Part shown: positions 26,919 to 36,677 of the stretch, piece after piece
Layout: the number at the start of each line of letters is the position of its first letter
Numbering within the stretch: the first letter of the stretch is position 1
NCBI GenBank assembly: GCA_015059425.1
Contig: SVAM01000001.1
Span: 28,027 to 92,026 of the forward strand
Length of the DNA: 64,000 nt
Direction: 5' to 3'
From: Bacillota bacterium
GTDB taxonomy: Bacteria; Bacillota_I; Bacilli_A; RF39; UBA660
Position numbers and translations under genes: made by a program
The notes under the pieces: model-generated
The model's database searches: none
What the model was told of the DNA's origin: nothing
Seen by the model: only the letters and a program-made list of their open reading frames with translations

Positions 26919-28251
26919 TATTTACCTCCCTGACTTCCGCGGTAACATTACCTTTATGTAATTTTATATTAATTACATCATTTACTTTTAAATTTGAGCT
27001 ATCTTTAATTAAATCATCATTTTTGCTAACTAAAGAATAACCTTTTTCTAAAATTCCTAATGGGTTAACTAACTTTAAAGTATTAATTAAAATTTTATAA
27101 TTATGATCTTTTGTTGTAATAATATTATTAATGCTATTATAAATTGATTTTTTATTATTTACTAGTTTTTCTTTTTTTACCTCAAATAAGCTTAGAGGAT
27201 TTTTTAATACATATGAAATTTTTAAATTATCTAAAATTAATCTACAATTATCTATTTTTTGAGTAATATTATTATTTAATGTATCTATAAACATATCTAA
27301 TTTTTGTTCTTTTAGTTCATATAGTGATAAAGGATTTTTTAATATATACGAACTTGTTATACTTTCTAATTTTAATTTGCTTTTATGTATTAGATTATTT
27401 GTAAATTCATTTAATCTAATTTCATAACCACTTATTATATTATTGATTTCACTAATAGTTGGAACTGCTATTTCTGCTGCTCCAGTTGGAGTAGGAGCTC
27501 GCATATCTGCAACAAAATCAGCGATAGTAATATCTATTTCATGACCTACTGCGCTAATAATTGGCACTCTTGCTTCAAATATCGCACGAGCTACTATTTC
27601 TTCGTTGAATGCCCATAAGTCTTCAATAGAGCCTCCACCTCTACCAACTATTAAAACATCTAAATCGTATTTTCCACTATCTGCTTCTTTTATTTGTTTT
27701 ACTATGTCAGGCGCTGCGTCCTTACCTTGAACTAATGCTGGAAATAATATAGTTTCACAAATTGGAAATCTTCTTTTAATAGTAGATAAAATATCTTTTA
27801 TAGCAGCTCCGGTTGGTGCTGTTATAATACCTATTCTTTTTGGAATCTTTTGAATCTCTTTTTTATATTCAGGATTAAATAAACCTTCTTTAGATAACTT
27901 TTCTTTTAATTTTTCAAATTCTATATATAAGTTCCCTAATCCATCCGGTTCCATTTTATCTACATATATTTGATAAGTTCCTTGCGCTGGATAACAAGAA
28001 ATGCGTCCTTCTACTAAAACGTTCATACCGTCTTCTGGTGCAAACTTTAAGCTGGAAGCGCTCGAATAAAACATAACGGCACTTATTCTAGATGCATCAT
28101 CTTTTAACGTAAAATATAAATGACCTCTAGTATGATTCTTAAAATTTGATATTTCCCCACGTAAATATACTTTTCTTAAATGAGGATTATCATCTATAAT
28201 GCTTTTAATATAATTATTTAATGTGCTAATTTTGATATATTTATCTTGCAT
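26911..28251 (-). CDS. xseA: Exodeoxyribonuclease VII large subunit, with an internal tandem duplication in the C-terminal region.
   Basis: N-terminal OB fold (LRKVYLRGEISNFKNHTRGHLYFTLKD) and catalytic core GRGGGSIEDLWAFNEE. The segment YILKNPLSLYELKEQKL recurs as YVLKNPLSLFEVKKEKL. Confidence 0.85.
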   Translation of the reverse strand: MQDKYIKISTLNNYIKSIIDDNPHLRKVYLRGEISNFKNHTRGHLYFTLKDDASRISAVMFYSSASSLKFAPEDGMNVLVEGRISCYPAQGTYQIYVDKMEPDGLGNLYIEFEKLKEKLSKEGLFNPEYKKEIQKIPKRIGIITAPTGAAIKDILSTIKRRFPICETILFPALVQGKDAAPDIVKQIKEADSGKYDLDVLIVGRGGGSIEDLWAFNEEIVARAIFEARVPIISAVGHEIDITIADFVADMRAPTPTGAAEIAVPTISEINNIISGYEIRLNEFTNNLIHKSKLKLESITSSYILKNPLSLYELKEQKLDMFIDTLNNNITQKIDNCRLILDNLKISYVLKNPLSLFEVKKEKLVNNKKSIYNSINNIITTKDHNYKILINTLKLVNPLGILEKGYSLVSKNDDLIKDSSNLKVNDVINIKLHKGNVTAEVREVNNG

Positions 28252-29005
28252 TATTTATCCCTCTTTTTCTGTTTATTATTTCTAATATTTTTTTATAATG
28301 TGGTTCATATATTCTTATAAATCTATCATTTATTTTAATTTGGTACTTTTTTTCTATAAGTTCAAAAATGGCTTTAATGTTTTCTAACGATGCCTTATTT
28401 ACCATTTTATAAATTATTTCTAAAATTTCCTCATCGCAATTATTTAAAAATTCCTCAAAATCAGAATAAATGCTATTACATAATCTAATTTTATTATTAC
28501 TAATAAATAATTCGGGATTATAATTTATATATGGAGGATTATAGATACTAAAAATATTAAAATTATCAAATAATACTAATTCATTTTCATTAATTAAGCC
28601 CCAATTGCAAGCATGTCTATCATCATTTAAAAATAAAATATCAAAAACATACATTTTTAATATATCAATAGTCAAGTTAGGATTATTGCTTACTTTAGAA
28701 ATGCAATCTATTATTTTTAACAATTCGCATGCCGCTAAAGGTATATAATATCTATTGGCTTCCTTAAAATCATATAATTCATTTATATCTCTAGAAAAAG
28801 AATAAAAATGTCCTTTTATTTTAATACCTACATATTCAATAGAATTTAATTCTAAGTATGTTGCTAAATAGAATCCTATAACTTCTTTTAAATCATCATC
28901 ACTTTTAACGTAATAGTTGCATCCTTCAATATTATATGATTTTACTATTCCTAAACTACAATTTTCAACTATCTCATGAGATTTCTTTTTATCTAGTTTA
29001 ATCAT
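28241..29005 (-). CDS. Hypothetical protein, possibly a HipA-like or atypical kinase fold.
   Basis: LNDDRHACNWGLI resembles a D-x-H-x-x-N catalytic loop. The assignment is weak. Confidence 0.3.
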   Translation of the reverse strand: MIKLDKKKSHEIVENCSLGIVKSYNIEGCNYYVKSDDDLKEVIGFYLATYLELNSIEYVGIKIKGHFYSFSRDINELYDFKEANRYYIPLAACELLKIIDCISKVSNNPNLTIDILKMYVFDILFLNDDRHACNWGLINENELVLFDNFNIFSIYNPPYINYNPELFISNNKIRLCNSIYSDFEEFLNNCDEEILEIIYKMVNKASLENIKAIFELIEKKYQIKINDRFIRIYEPHYKKILEIINRKRGINNAR

Positions 29006-29009
29006 ATAA

Positions 29010-29450
29010 TTACTCTTTAATTATTTTATCTAAAACTGCATTGATAATTTTTCTAACAGATTCATCACTATATTTTTTTGCTAGTTCAATTGCTTCATTA
29101 ATAACTACAACATGAGGTGTATCAGTATATTTAAGTTCATATAAAGCTAGGCGTAATATTGCTGCCCCAGTTTTATCAATACGTGTAATATCCCAATCAA
29201 TCATTTTACTATTAGCAAGTTCATCTAACTTATCTTTATAAGTTACTACTCCATATACCATATCTTTGATAAAGTCATTTTTTACTTCAACATTATTACT
29301 TATTATTTCTTCTATATCTGAATTGATTTTATTACTACTCATCAAATCATATTGATATAAAATTATCATTATTTTTTCTCTTAATTCACTTCTTGTAAGT
29401 GCCATATAAATCACCTCTTTAATTATATTATAATTACTTGTTTTTTTCAA
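29010..29450 (-). CDS. nusB: Transcription antitermination factor NusB.
   Basis: LTRSELREKIMIILYQ...AAILRLALYEL is typical NusB. Confidence 0.85.
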   Translation of the reverse strand: MKKTSNYNIIKEVIYMALTRSELREKIMIILYQYDLMSSNKINSDIEEIISNNVEVKNDFIKDMVYGVVTYKDKLDELANSKMIDWDITRIDKTGAAILRLALYELKYTDTPHVVVINEAIELAKKYSDESVRKIINAVLDKIIKE

Positions 29451-29466
29451 TTTAAATACATGTATC

Positions 29467-29985
29467 TTAACTAGTTATTTCAATATTTTTATTATATTCT
29501 TTACATTTATCTTCCAATAGAGGAAAATTACAACATCTACTGCGAGTTTTATAATCTAATTTTCCATCAAGATATTTATTATATAAATTTTCTGCTCTAC
29601 CAATAATATAGTAAAAGTTTCTATTTAACCATCTTATTTGCAGTTTCAACATATGATTATATTTAGCATTTCTATTATCCTCCACCAAATCCAAATCCAT
29701 AAATTTATAATTAGCGTCTTTTAAAGGAATCATATTATTAAAATTTATTGCACCTAAATTTCCATCAGCAATTTTAATAAAATCTAATGTATTTACCATT
29801 TTTTTATGTTTTGTTTTTGGACTAGATAATGGTGCAAAATACTTGCAACCATTTATTTCAAATAATACTCCAATATAAGGTCTTAATTCTTTAACTCCAC
29901 TATTATAGCACACTTTGTTGTCAAACTTTCTTAAATAATCACAATACTCATAATCAACTTTTACAATTTTAAATTTTTCATTCAT
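29467..29985 (-). CDS. toxN: Type III toxin-antitoxin system toxin, ToxN/AbiQ-family endoribonuclease.
   Basis: The protein is 172 aa. YIGVLFEINGCKYFAPLSSPKTKH, LGAINFNNMIP, YNHMLKLQIRWLNRN and CNFPLLEDKCKEY match ToxN/AbiQ blocks (compare ToxN GIVLEIQGHKYLAPLTSPKKWH). Confidence 0.85.
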   Translation of the reverse strand: MNEKFKIVKVDYEYCDYLRKFDNKVCYNSGVKELRPYIGVLFEINGCKYFAPLSSPKTKHKKMVNTLDFIKIADGNLGAINFNNMIPLKDANYKFMDLDLVEDNRNAKYNHMLKLQIRWLNRNFYYIIGRAENLYNKYLDGKLDYKTRSRCCNFPLLEDKCKEYNKNIEITS

Positions 29986-30069
29986 TCATACCACCCTTCC
30001 ATTTTAAAAATTTAAATGTAATCAAATAATAACATCCAAACTATTGTTTGTCAACATTAAACATAAAAA

Positions 30070-30101
30070 AGATTAGAGTGTGCTCTCTAATCTACTTTTT
30101 T
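30070..30101 (-). terminator. Intrinsic terminator between the repeat array and toxN (a ToxIN-type attenuating terminator).
   Basis: Hairpin agattagag-tgtgct-ctctaatct flanked by an A run and a T run. Confidence 0.5.
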
Positions 30102-30253
30102 CAGTTCCTGTTTCGGCCGGAATCGCCACCTTTTTATTAAGTCCCAATTAATATGGTAGGGAATCACCGCTTTTAATTCAGTTCCTGTTTCGGCCGGAAT
30201 CGCCACCTTTTTATTAAGTCCCTCTTATGGTAGGGAATCACCGCTTTTTTATA
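30100..30253 (-). ncRNA. toxI: ToxI-like antitoxin RNA candidate. It consists of 2 x 77-nt tandem repeats, equivalent to about 4 x ~38-nt units in two alternating variants.
   Basis: ttcagttcctgtttcggccggaatcgccacctttttattaagtccc occurs at 30100 and at 30177. The sub-units GGAATCGCCACCTTTTTATTAAG and GGAATCACCGCTTTTAATTCAG sit directly upstream of toxN and are separated from it by the terminator. Confidence 0.65.
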
Positions 30254-30300
30254 CACAATTTCTTGTGTATTTATAATATATCATATTTTTTTTAAAATTA
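30254..30300 (-). promoter_or_regulatory. Putative promoter for the toxI-toxN transcript, with the inverted repeat tacacaa-ttt-cttgtgta as an operator candidate.
   Basis: An AT-rich -10-like hexamer (minus strand ..tattataaa..) is followed by an 18-bp palindrome at ~30252-30270. The region lies directly after the mutS stop. Confidence 0.35.
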
Positions 30301-30303
30301 CAA

Positions 30304-32844
30304 CTATTCTAATTCCTTTAGTTCAAATAATATATTTATTGCTTCAATTGGGGTCATATGAAGCGGATCAATAGCTTTTAGTTTTTCTCTTAATTCATCG
30401 GTATTATCTTTTGGTTCTTCAAAATTAAGTGCCAGTTGAATATTATCATCCGTTTTAAGTGTTTTTTTAGATTCATTTTCATATTTGCTTAAAATAGCTT
30501 CAGCTCTCTCTAATAAATCATCAGGCATTTTAGCAAGTCTTGCAACATGAATACCATAACTTTTATCAGCTGGCCCATTTTTAACTTTATGTAAGAAAGT
30601 TATCATATTGCCCTCTTCTTTAGCAGCAACATGAACATTTTTCACATTTAAAAATTCACTCTCTAATCTTGTAAGTTCATGATAATGTGTTGAAAATAAA
30701 GTTTTACACTTAATATTTTTAGCAACATATTCAAGTATTGCTTGAGCAAGACTCATCCCATCAAATGTTGCAGTTCCTCTTCCTAGTTCATCAAATAATA
30801 TTAACGAGTTAGACGTAGCATTAACTAAAGCATTTCTTGCTTCTTTCATTTCAACCATAAATGTTGATTCGCCACTTACCAAATCATCACTAGCCCCAAT
30901 TCTTGTAAATATTTTATCTATAATAGGTAAATTAGCGCTTTTAGCAGGTACAAAAGAACCCATTTGAGCCATGATAACTATAATAGCAAGTTCTCGCATA
31001 TATGTAGATTTACCACTCATATTCGGACCAGTTATTAATAAAATATCAGTACTATTATCCATTATAATATCATTTGGTACATACATATTTTTACTTACAC
31101 ATTCTACTACTGGATGTCTACCATCAATAATTTCAATTTTATTTTCTAAATTCAGATTTGGTTTAACTAAATTATATTCCTCACTACAAACTGCTAAAGA
31201 ACATAAAACATCAAGTTCACTAATAATTTCTGCAGTCTCTTTTAAACTTAATACTTTGTTCTTAATAATTTCTCTTATTTCACAGAATAAATTATATTCT
31301 AATTCAAATATTTTTTCTTCAGCATTTAAGATTAATGATTCTTTTTCTTTTAATTCCGGAGAAATAAAACGTTCACAATTAGCTAAAGTTTGACGTCTTT
31401 CCCATCCCAAATCTTCACTTACATATTGAGCTTGTCCTTTAGATATTTCAATGTAATAACCAAATACTCTATTAAAACCAACTTTTAAATTTTTAATACC
31501 CGTAGATTCTTTGATTTCAGATTCAAATTTAGATATAAAATCTTTACCGCCAGTTCGAACACTTTTTAATTCATCTAATTCTTTATTATATCCATCTTTT
31601 ATTAAATACCCCTCTTTAATACTTAGAGGAGGATTTTCATAAATACTATTTTCAAGTAGATTAAATATTTCAGTATGAGTATTAATTTTATATGAAAAAC
31701 CTAATTCGCTAATTATATTTTTTATTCTTGGTAGTACACTTAAAGAATTCTTTATTTGTAATAAATCGCGAGCATTTAAATTACCACATATAACTTTAGC
31801 GCATAATCTTTCTATGTCATATATTTCAAATAATAAATTTCTTAATTCATCTTTTAGCAAAAATTCATTATTTAATACTTCTAATTTATCATATCTATTA
31901 TTTAATTCATTTATATCTCTTAAAGGGTTTAATAACCAAGCCTTTAATTTTCTAGAACCCATCGCAGTTTTCGTTTTATCAAGTAACCATAATAGAGAAT
32001 AAGTTCTTTCTTTTAATCTTAATGTTTCTACAAGTTCTAAATTTCTAACGGTATGAATATCCATTTCTAAATAATTATTCTTATTTATAATATTTACGTT
32101 AGATACATGACTTAAATCTTTTAATTCTTTAATAACTAAATAATGTAGTAAATGTCTAACACCTTGTTTAACCCTTACGTCTTCAATATTTTCAATAAGC
32201 GTTTCATAACCGCTTACTAAATACTCATCGCTTATAGATATTTCAATACCATAATTGTTTTTTAATATATTAATAAGCTCACTATCCAAATTATTTTCTA
32301 ATAAAACTTCTTTAATATTTAAATGTAGTATTTCATTTATTAGTTTTTCTTTATTATGTTCTACATTTAAACTATTTAATTCACCAGTAGATATATCAGC
32401 ATATGTAATTAAATATAAATATTCTAAATCAAGGATACTTGCAATATAATTATTATCATGTTCATTTAAACTTTCTAAATTTATAACAGTACCTTTAGAT
32501 ATTACTTCTACTACCCCTCTTTTTACAGTACCCTTAACATTTTTAGCATCTTCAAGTTGTTCACAAATAGCAACTTTGTATCCTTTTTCTACTAATTTTT
32601 CTAAATAAGGATTAACACTATGAAAAGGAACACCGCACATTGGAATACGTTCTTTTAAACCAGCATTTTTACCTGTTAAAGTAAGTTCCAGTTCACGAGA
32701 TGCAATAATACCATCTTCAAAAAAGAGTTCATAAAAATCTCCCAAACGAAAAAACAATAATTCTTCTTGATAATTATCTTTTATTTCCATATATTGTTTC
32801 ATCATGGGACTTAATTCTGCCCTATTTACTTCATTTCTATTCAT
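30304..32844 (-). CDS. mutS: DNA mismatch repair protein MutS.
   Basis: 846 aa with Walker A GPNMSGKSTYMR and the MutS domain order. The start reads MNRNEVN...LSPMMKQY. Confidence 0.9.
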   Translation of the reverse strand: MNRNEVNRAELSPMMKQYMEIKDNYQEELLFFRLGDFYELFFEDGIIASRELELTLTGKNAGLKERIPMCGVPFHSVNPYLEKLVEKGYKVAICEQLEDAKNVKGTVKRGVVEVISKGTVINLESLNEHDNNYIASILDLEYLYLITYADISTGELNSLNVEHNKEKLINEILHLNIKEVLLENNLDSELINILKNNYGIEISISDEYLVSGYETLIENIEDVRVKQGVRHLLHYLVIKELKDLSHVSNVNIINKNNYLEMDIHTVRNLELVETLRLKERTYSLLWLLDKTKTAMGSRKLKAWLLNPLRDINELNNRYDKLEVLNNEFLLKDELRNLLFEIYDIERLCAKVICGNLNARDLLQIKNSLSVLPRIKNIISELGFSYKINTHTEIFNLLENSIYENPPLSIKEGYLIKDGYNKELDELKSVRTGGKDFISKFESEIKESTGIKNLKVGFNRVFGYYIEISKGQAQYVSEDLGWERRQTLANCERFISPELKEKESLILNAEEKIFELEYNLFCEIREIIKNKVLSLKETAEIISELDVLCSLAVCSEEYNLVKPNLNLENKIEIIDGRHPVVECVSKNMYVPNDIIMDNSTDILLITGPNMSGKSTYMRELAIIVIMAQMGSFVPAKSANLPIIDKIFTRIGASDDLVSGESTFMVEMKEARNALVNATSNSLILFDELGRGTATFDGMSLAQAILEYVAKNIKCKTLFSTHYHELTRLESEFLNVKNVHVAAKEEGNMITFLHKVKNGPADKSYGIHVARLAKMPDDLLERAEAILSKYENESKKTLKTDDNIQLALNFEEPKDNTDELREKLKAIDPLHMTPIEAINILFELKELE

Positions 32845-32936
32845 ACTACTACACCTAAAAAGTATTATAACAATAATTATTTATTTTTCCAAGAAAAAAA
32901 GGATTAAAATCCTAATTATTAAATATATAAACTATT

Positions 32937-33941
32937 TTATTGTGATAGTTTTTGTAATGCTTCATCAAATGTTTTGACACTTATTATTTTTATGTTATAA
33001 TCCTTTTCTTTTGCTACCTTCATTGCTTCTTCATAATTCTCTTCTGGGCACATAAATATATCTGCATCATTTTTTACGGCACCCATCAATTTATATTTAA
33101 CTCCACCTATTTCTCCAACGTTGCCATTGATATCAATAGTGCCAGTACCTACTATTTTTTTACCCTTTGTAATATCTTCTTTTACTAACTTATTATAGAT
33201 AGTTAAACTAAGCATTAGCCCACCGCTTGATCCTGCTTCACTTGATTTTGTTTTAACGTTAATATCGGGGTCTGTTTCATAATCATAAGTAGTAATTAAC
33301 ATTACTCCTATTTTCATACCATCTTCTGTTTTATAAGTTGTCGCATAAGCATTTTTTTCTTTACCATCTCTACTAATTCTTAAATTAACTTTTACGTTTT
33401 CATCTAATTTTTCAATAATATTCTTAAGTTCATCTAATGAATTAATTTTAAAATCATTAACACTTATAATATTATCTCCTATTTCTAAATTAGTTTTTGC
33501 TGCATCTGTAATATAACTAACACTATTATTGATATTTTTAATACTAATTTCTTCGTTAGCCTTTTTATAAGCATTAATTATTGCATTATCAATAGACTCT
33601 TCTAAATATAATCTTTCTCTTTCTAAAAGTTCATCCATGCTTTCATCATCTATAGTAATATCTTCTTTTTTTACTATATCCCAATCAGGTATAACTTTTG
33701 ATAATAGTAAAAACGGAACCGAACCTTTTACCATTGAAACATAAGCCATGTTAAATGAACCTGTTACTTCTTCTTCATTTTCTATTTCAATTCTTTTGTT
33801 TAAATTAACCGTTCCTCCTGGCGTATATATTGAGTAAGGAAGCTCTATATTAAAAAGTAAAAAAATAACTAATATACTTATTAAAAACTTATAATTTTCT
33901 TTGATAAATTGTTTTGTACTTTCATATATTTTAGTAAACAT
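32937..33941 (-). CDS. Lon-like S16 peptidase with a PDZ domain (YlbL/SepM family).
   Basis: An N-terminal TM helix and a PDZ domain precede the Lon catalytic motifs SSEAGSSGGLMLSL and KYKLMGA. Confidence 0.7.
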   Translation of the reverse strand: MFTKIYESTKQFIKENYKFLISILVIFLLFNIELPYSIYTPGGTVNLNKRIEIENEEEVTGSFNMAYVSMVKGSVPFLLLSKVIPDWDIVKKEDITIDDESMDELLERERLYLEESIDNAIINAYKKANEEISIKNINNSVSYITDAAKTNLEIGDNIISVNDFKINSLDELKNIIEKLDENVKVNLRISRDGKEKNAYATTYKTEDGMKIGVMLITTYDYETDPDINVKTKSSEAGSSGGLMLSLTIYNKLVKEDITKGKKIVGTGTIDINGNVGEIGGVKYKLMGAVKNDADIFMCPEENYEEAMKVAKEKDYNIKIISVKTFDEALQKLSQ

Positions 33942-33981
33942 AAAATCACCTTAATAAATTATATCATGTGAGAGATTATTT

Positions 33982-34887
33982 ATGAAAGAAAAACTAATTA
34001 ACTTTACTTTTTGTTTATTATGTATTTTAGCTATTATTTTTATATTTCAAAATAATAATGAAGTGGCTAGTATTATTATTGAGTCTGTTAATCTTTTTTT
34101 TAATAAAGTTTTTGTTTCATTATTTCCTATGTTTATTATTAATGATATTTTAATAGCATTTAACTTCCCTTATTATTTTTATATAATTTTTAACAAATTA
34201 TTTAATAAACTATTTAAAACTAGTGGAATATGTGCTTATGTTTTTATTATGTCTTTAATTAGTGGTACTCCCTCTAATGCTTATATATTAAAAAATTTAG
34301 TTGAAAACAATTTAATAAGTAATGAAGAAGCTAATCACTATTTATATTTTACATATTTTTCTAACCCTTTATTTCTTACATTAATGTTATCAATGTTATT
34401 CGATACTAATGCGGTTATCAAAATAATAATTATTCATTATGTAAGTAATATAATTATAGGCTTATTACTAAGAAATAAAGCACCTAAAATAATTAATAAA
34501 AATATTACAAGTAATTCTAATTCATTTGGTTCTACTTTAACTAAAAGTATTAATAGAACAATTACTACTCTTTTAATGATTCTTGGTACTATAGTATTTT
34601 ATATGCTTTTATCTTTTATTATCACAAAATTCATTAATATAAATTTCTTTAAAGTCATAATATCAGGTTTATTAGAAATTACTAATGGATTAAACTTATT
34701 ATGTACTTTAAATATTTCTTTAAAAATAAAAGAAATAATTGCTATATCAATTATCTCTTTTGGCGGATTAAGTATTCATACTCAAATTAAATCGATACTT
34801 GAAAACACTAATATTAATTATTTGCCTTTTTTAAAAGGAAGATTATATCAAGTATTAATCAGTATTATTCTAATAATTATTTTTTAG
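33982..34887 (+). CDS. Polytopic membrane protein, YlbJ-like (nucleoside-recognition / sporulation integral membrane family).
   Basis: At least 8 TM segments. It lies divergent from the YlbL-like peptidase, as in Bacillus ylbJ-ylbL. Confidence 0.45.
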   Translation: MKEKLINFTFCLLCILAIIFIFQNNNEVASIIIESVNLFFNKVFVSLFPMFIINDILIAFNFPYYFYIIFNKLFNKLFKTSGICAYVFIMSLISGTPSNAYILKNLVENNLISNEEANHYLYFTYFSNPLFLTLMLSMLFDTNAVIKIIIIHYVSNIIIGLLLRNKAPKIINKNITSNSNSFGSTLTKSINRTITTLLMILGTIVFYMLLSFIITKFININFFKVIISGLLEITNGLNLLCTLNISLKIKEIIAISIISFGGLSIHTQIKSILENTNINYLPFLKGRLYQVLISIILIIIF

Positions 34888-35407
34888 AGCAAGAGAAACT
34901 TGTTAAATAATTAGTATTTTCATTTTTTAGACCTAAATAAGTTAAGGTTAAATCATCATTTGTAGTAGTATTTTCATTACCAATTAATACTGGTATATTT
35001 AAAGTAATTAAATAATAATTATTTTCTAAATCTATATAATTATATTCTATACATTTACTATATGCAGCATTTTCACTATTTAAAGTATGTGTTATATTAT
35101 CATATATAATTTTATCATCATATACTTTTAAAGCTTTATCTTCATTTAAATATTTAAAAGTAATTGTAGTATATTCTCCTTCATTTATATTTATACCATT
35201 TAATTTTAATTCTAAAAAATCACTTTCAATATTCTTTATAATTTCTGTTCTTTTTATTTCATCACTACTAGCATAGCTTTTATCATTATTTATATTATCA
35301 AGCGAAAACATAACTTTAATTAATAAAAGAATTACTATTGATACTATTGAAATACTTATTAATACTTCTAATATTGTTAAACCCTTTTTATTCATGATCT
35401 TCACCAT
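34877..35407 (-). CDS. Prepilin-type (type IV pilin-like) minor pseudopilin.
   Basis: The N-terminus KKGLTILEVLISISIVSIV is a class III signal (G-x-T-L-x-E plus a hydrophobic helix). Confidence 0.55.
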   Translation of the reverse strand: MVKIMNKKGLTILEVLISISIVSIVILLLIKVMFSLDNINNDKSYASSDEIKRTEIIKNIESDFLELKLNGININEGEYTTITFKYLNEDKALKVYDDKIIYDNITHTLNSENAAYSKCIEYNYIDLENNYYLITLNIPVLIGNENTTTNDDLTLTYLGLKNENTNYLTSFSCSKK

Positions 35408-35864
35408 TTAACCCAATACTTGCATATGAATATGTATTATTATTGTTAAATTCAACAATAAACCTATATTTAAAATTATCTTTATTTGATAAAGTATTCA
35501 TGTAGTTATTAAAATTACTAGTATAATTATCTTCTTTATATTCTTTTAAATCATATTTAGATAAATATATTTTATTTATATTAAATTCATCAATTATTTT
35601 GTTACAACTCTCAAAACCAAAGTTGTCACAGCTAATAGTTTTAATATCACTATTATCTAATAAATTATTCAAATTATTTAAGCTTAAATATTCTTTTACA
35701 AAATGTACTTTATAAATATTAGATGCATCATCATAAAGAATATTTTTTTTACTATTGTTAATCATATTATTAAAAGTACCATATAGCATTAACATTGAAA
35801 CAGATAAAAAAGTAATAACTATTATAGTTTCTAGAAGTGCAAATCCTCTTTTCATAAGCATCAC
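35388..35864 (-). CDS. Prepilin-type (type IV pilin-like) minor pseudopilin.
   Basis: The N-terminus KRGFALLETIIVITFLSV is a class III signal. It overlaps the downstream pilin gene by 20 nt. Confidence 0.55.
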   Translation of the reverse strand: MMLMKRGFALLETIIVITFLSVSMLMLYGTFNNMINNSKKNILYDDASNIYKVHFVKEYLSLNNLNNLLDNSDIKTISCDNFGFESCNKIIDEFNINKIYLSKYDLKEYKEDNYTSNFNNYMNTLSNKDNFKYRFIVEFNNNNTYSYASIGLNGEDHE

Positions 35865-35967
35865 CTATCTTAAATTAATTATATAGTATCTATATTTTTT
35901 TAGCAAGAATTTTCTAATTTACTTATTATATAAAATCATGCTATAATACTAAGCAGGAAGTGATTTT

Positions 35968-36606
35968 ATGCGTTACATAGAAATTAAAGACTCTGATAAA
36001 ATAATTGGCAGAAGCCCCTATTTAGTTAAAAATCCTAAAGATAACAAAAATAATTGGTCTAAAGTATTCGGAAATAATAATCCAATAAATTTAGAACTTG
36101 GTATGGGTAGAGGCGAATTTATAATAAATATGGCTAAAGCTCATCCAAATATTAATTTTATTGGTTTAGAATTATATGAATCTCAAATGGTTAAAGCTGT
36201 AGAAAGATTGAAAACACTAAATTTACCTAACCTTTTATTAATTAATAGTGATGCTAGAGAAATTGGTGAAATATTTGGCAAAGAAATTGATACTATATAT
36301 TTAACATTCTCTGAACCATGGCCTAAAAAACAAGATGAGAAAAAAAGATTTACTCATGAATCTTATTTAAGACTTTATGATAGAATCTTTAAAAAAGATA
36401 AACACATAATTTTAAAAACTGATAATAAGGGATTATTTGCTTATTCTCTAGAAACTTTATCACAATATTGGTATTCTTTTGAAAGAGTTAGTTTGGACTT
36501 ACATAATGATGAAAACCCAATACCAAATATTATGACTGATTTTGAAAAGAACTATCAAAAAGAACGTAGACCTATATATTACGTTGACGCTAGATTTGTA
36601 AAGTAA
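35968..36606 (+). CDS. trmB: tRNA (guanine46-N7)-methyltransferase.
   Basis: LELGMGRGEFIINMAKAHPNINFIGLELYE is the SAM-binding motif. The 212-aa size fits. Confidence 0.85.
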   Translation: MRYIEIKDSDKIIGRSPYLVKNPKDNKNNWSKVFGNNNPINLELGMGRGEFIINMAKAHPNINFIGLELYESQMVKAVERLKTLNLPNLLLINSDAREIGEIFGKEIDTIYLTFSEPWPKKQDEKKRFTHESYLRLYDRIFKKDKHIILKTDNKGLFAYSLETLSQYWYSFERVSLDLHNDENPIPNIMTDFEKNYQKERRPIYYVDARFVK

Positions 36607-36677
36607 CTATTTTATAGTTATTTTTTATTGAAATATATATATATATTATTCTAAAAACAGAAAGAAGGTTTTGTTAA

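Noticed and set aside
30100-30253. The tandem repeats upstream of toxN, considered as a CRISPR array
   Set aside because: There are only 2 x 77 nt (4 x ~38 nt) directly abutting units with no unique spacers, and the two variants alternate. No cas genes are present. The context (promoter, repeats, terminator, toxN) fits a type III antitoxin RNA instead.
30971-31393. 140-aa plus-strand ORF inside mutS (and similar ORFs at 31814-32002 and 32255-32449)
   Set aside because: They are antisense to a well-supported mutS reading frame and are low-complexity. They are spurious.
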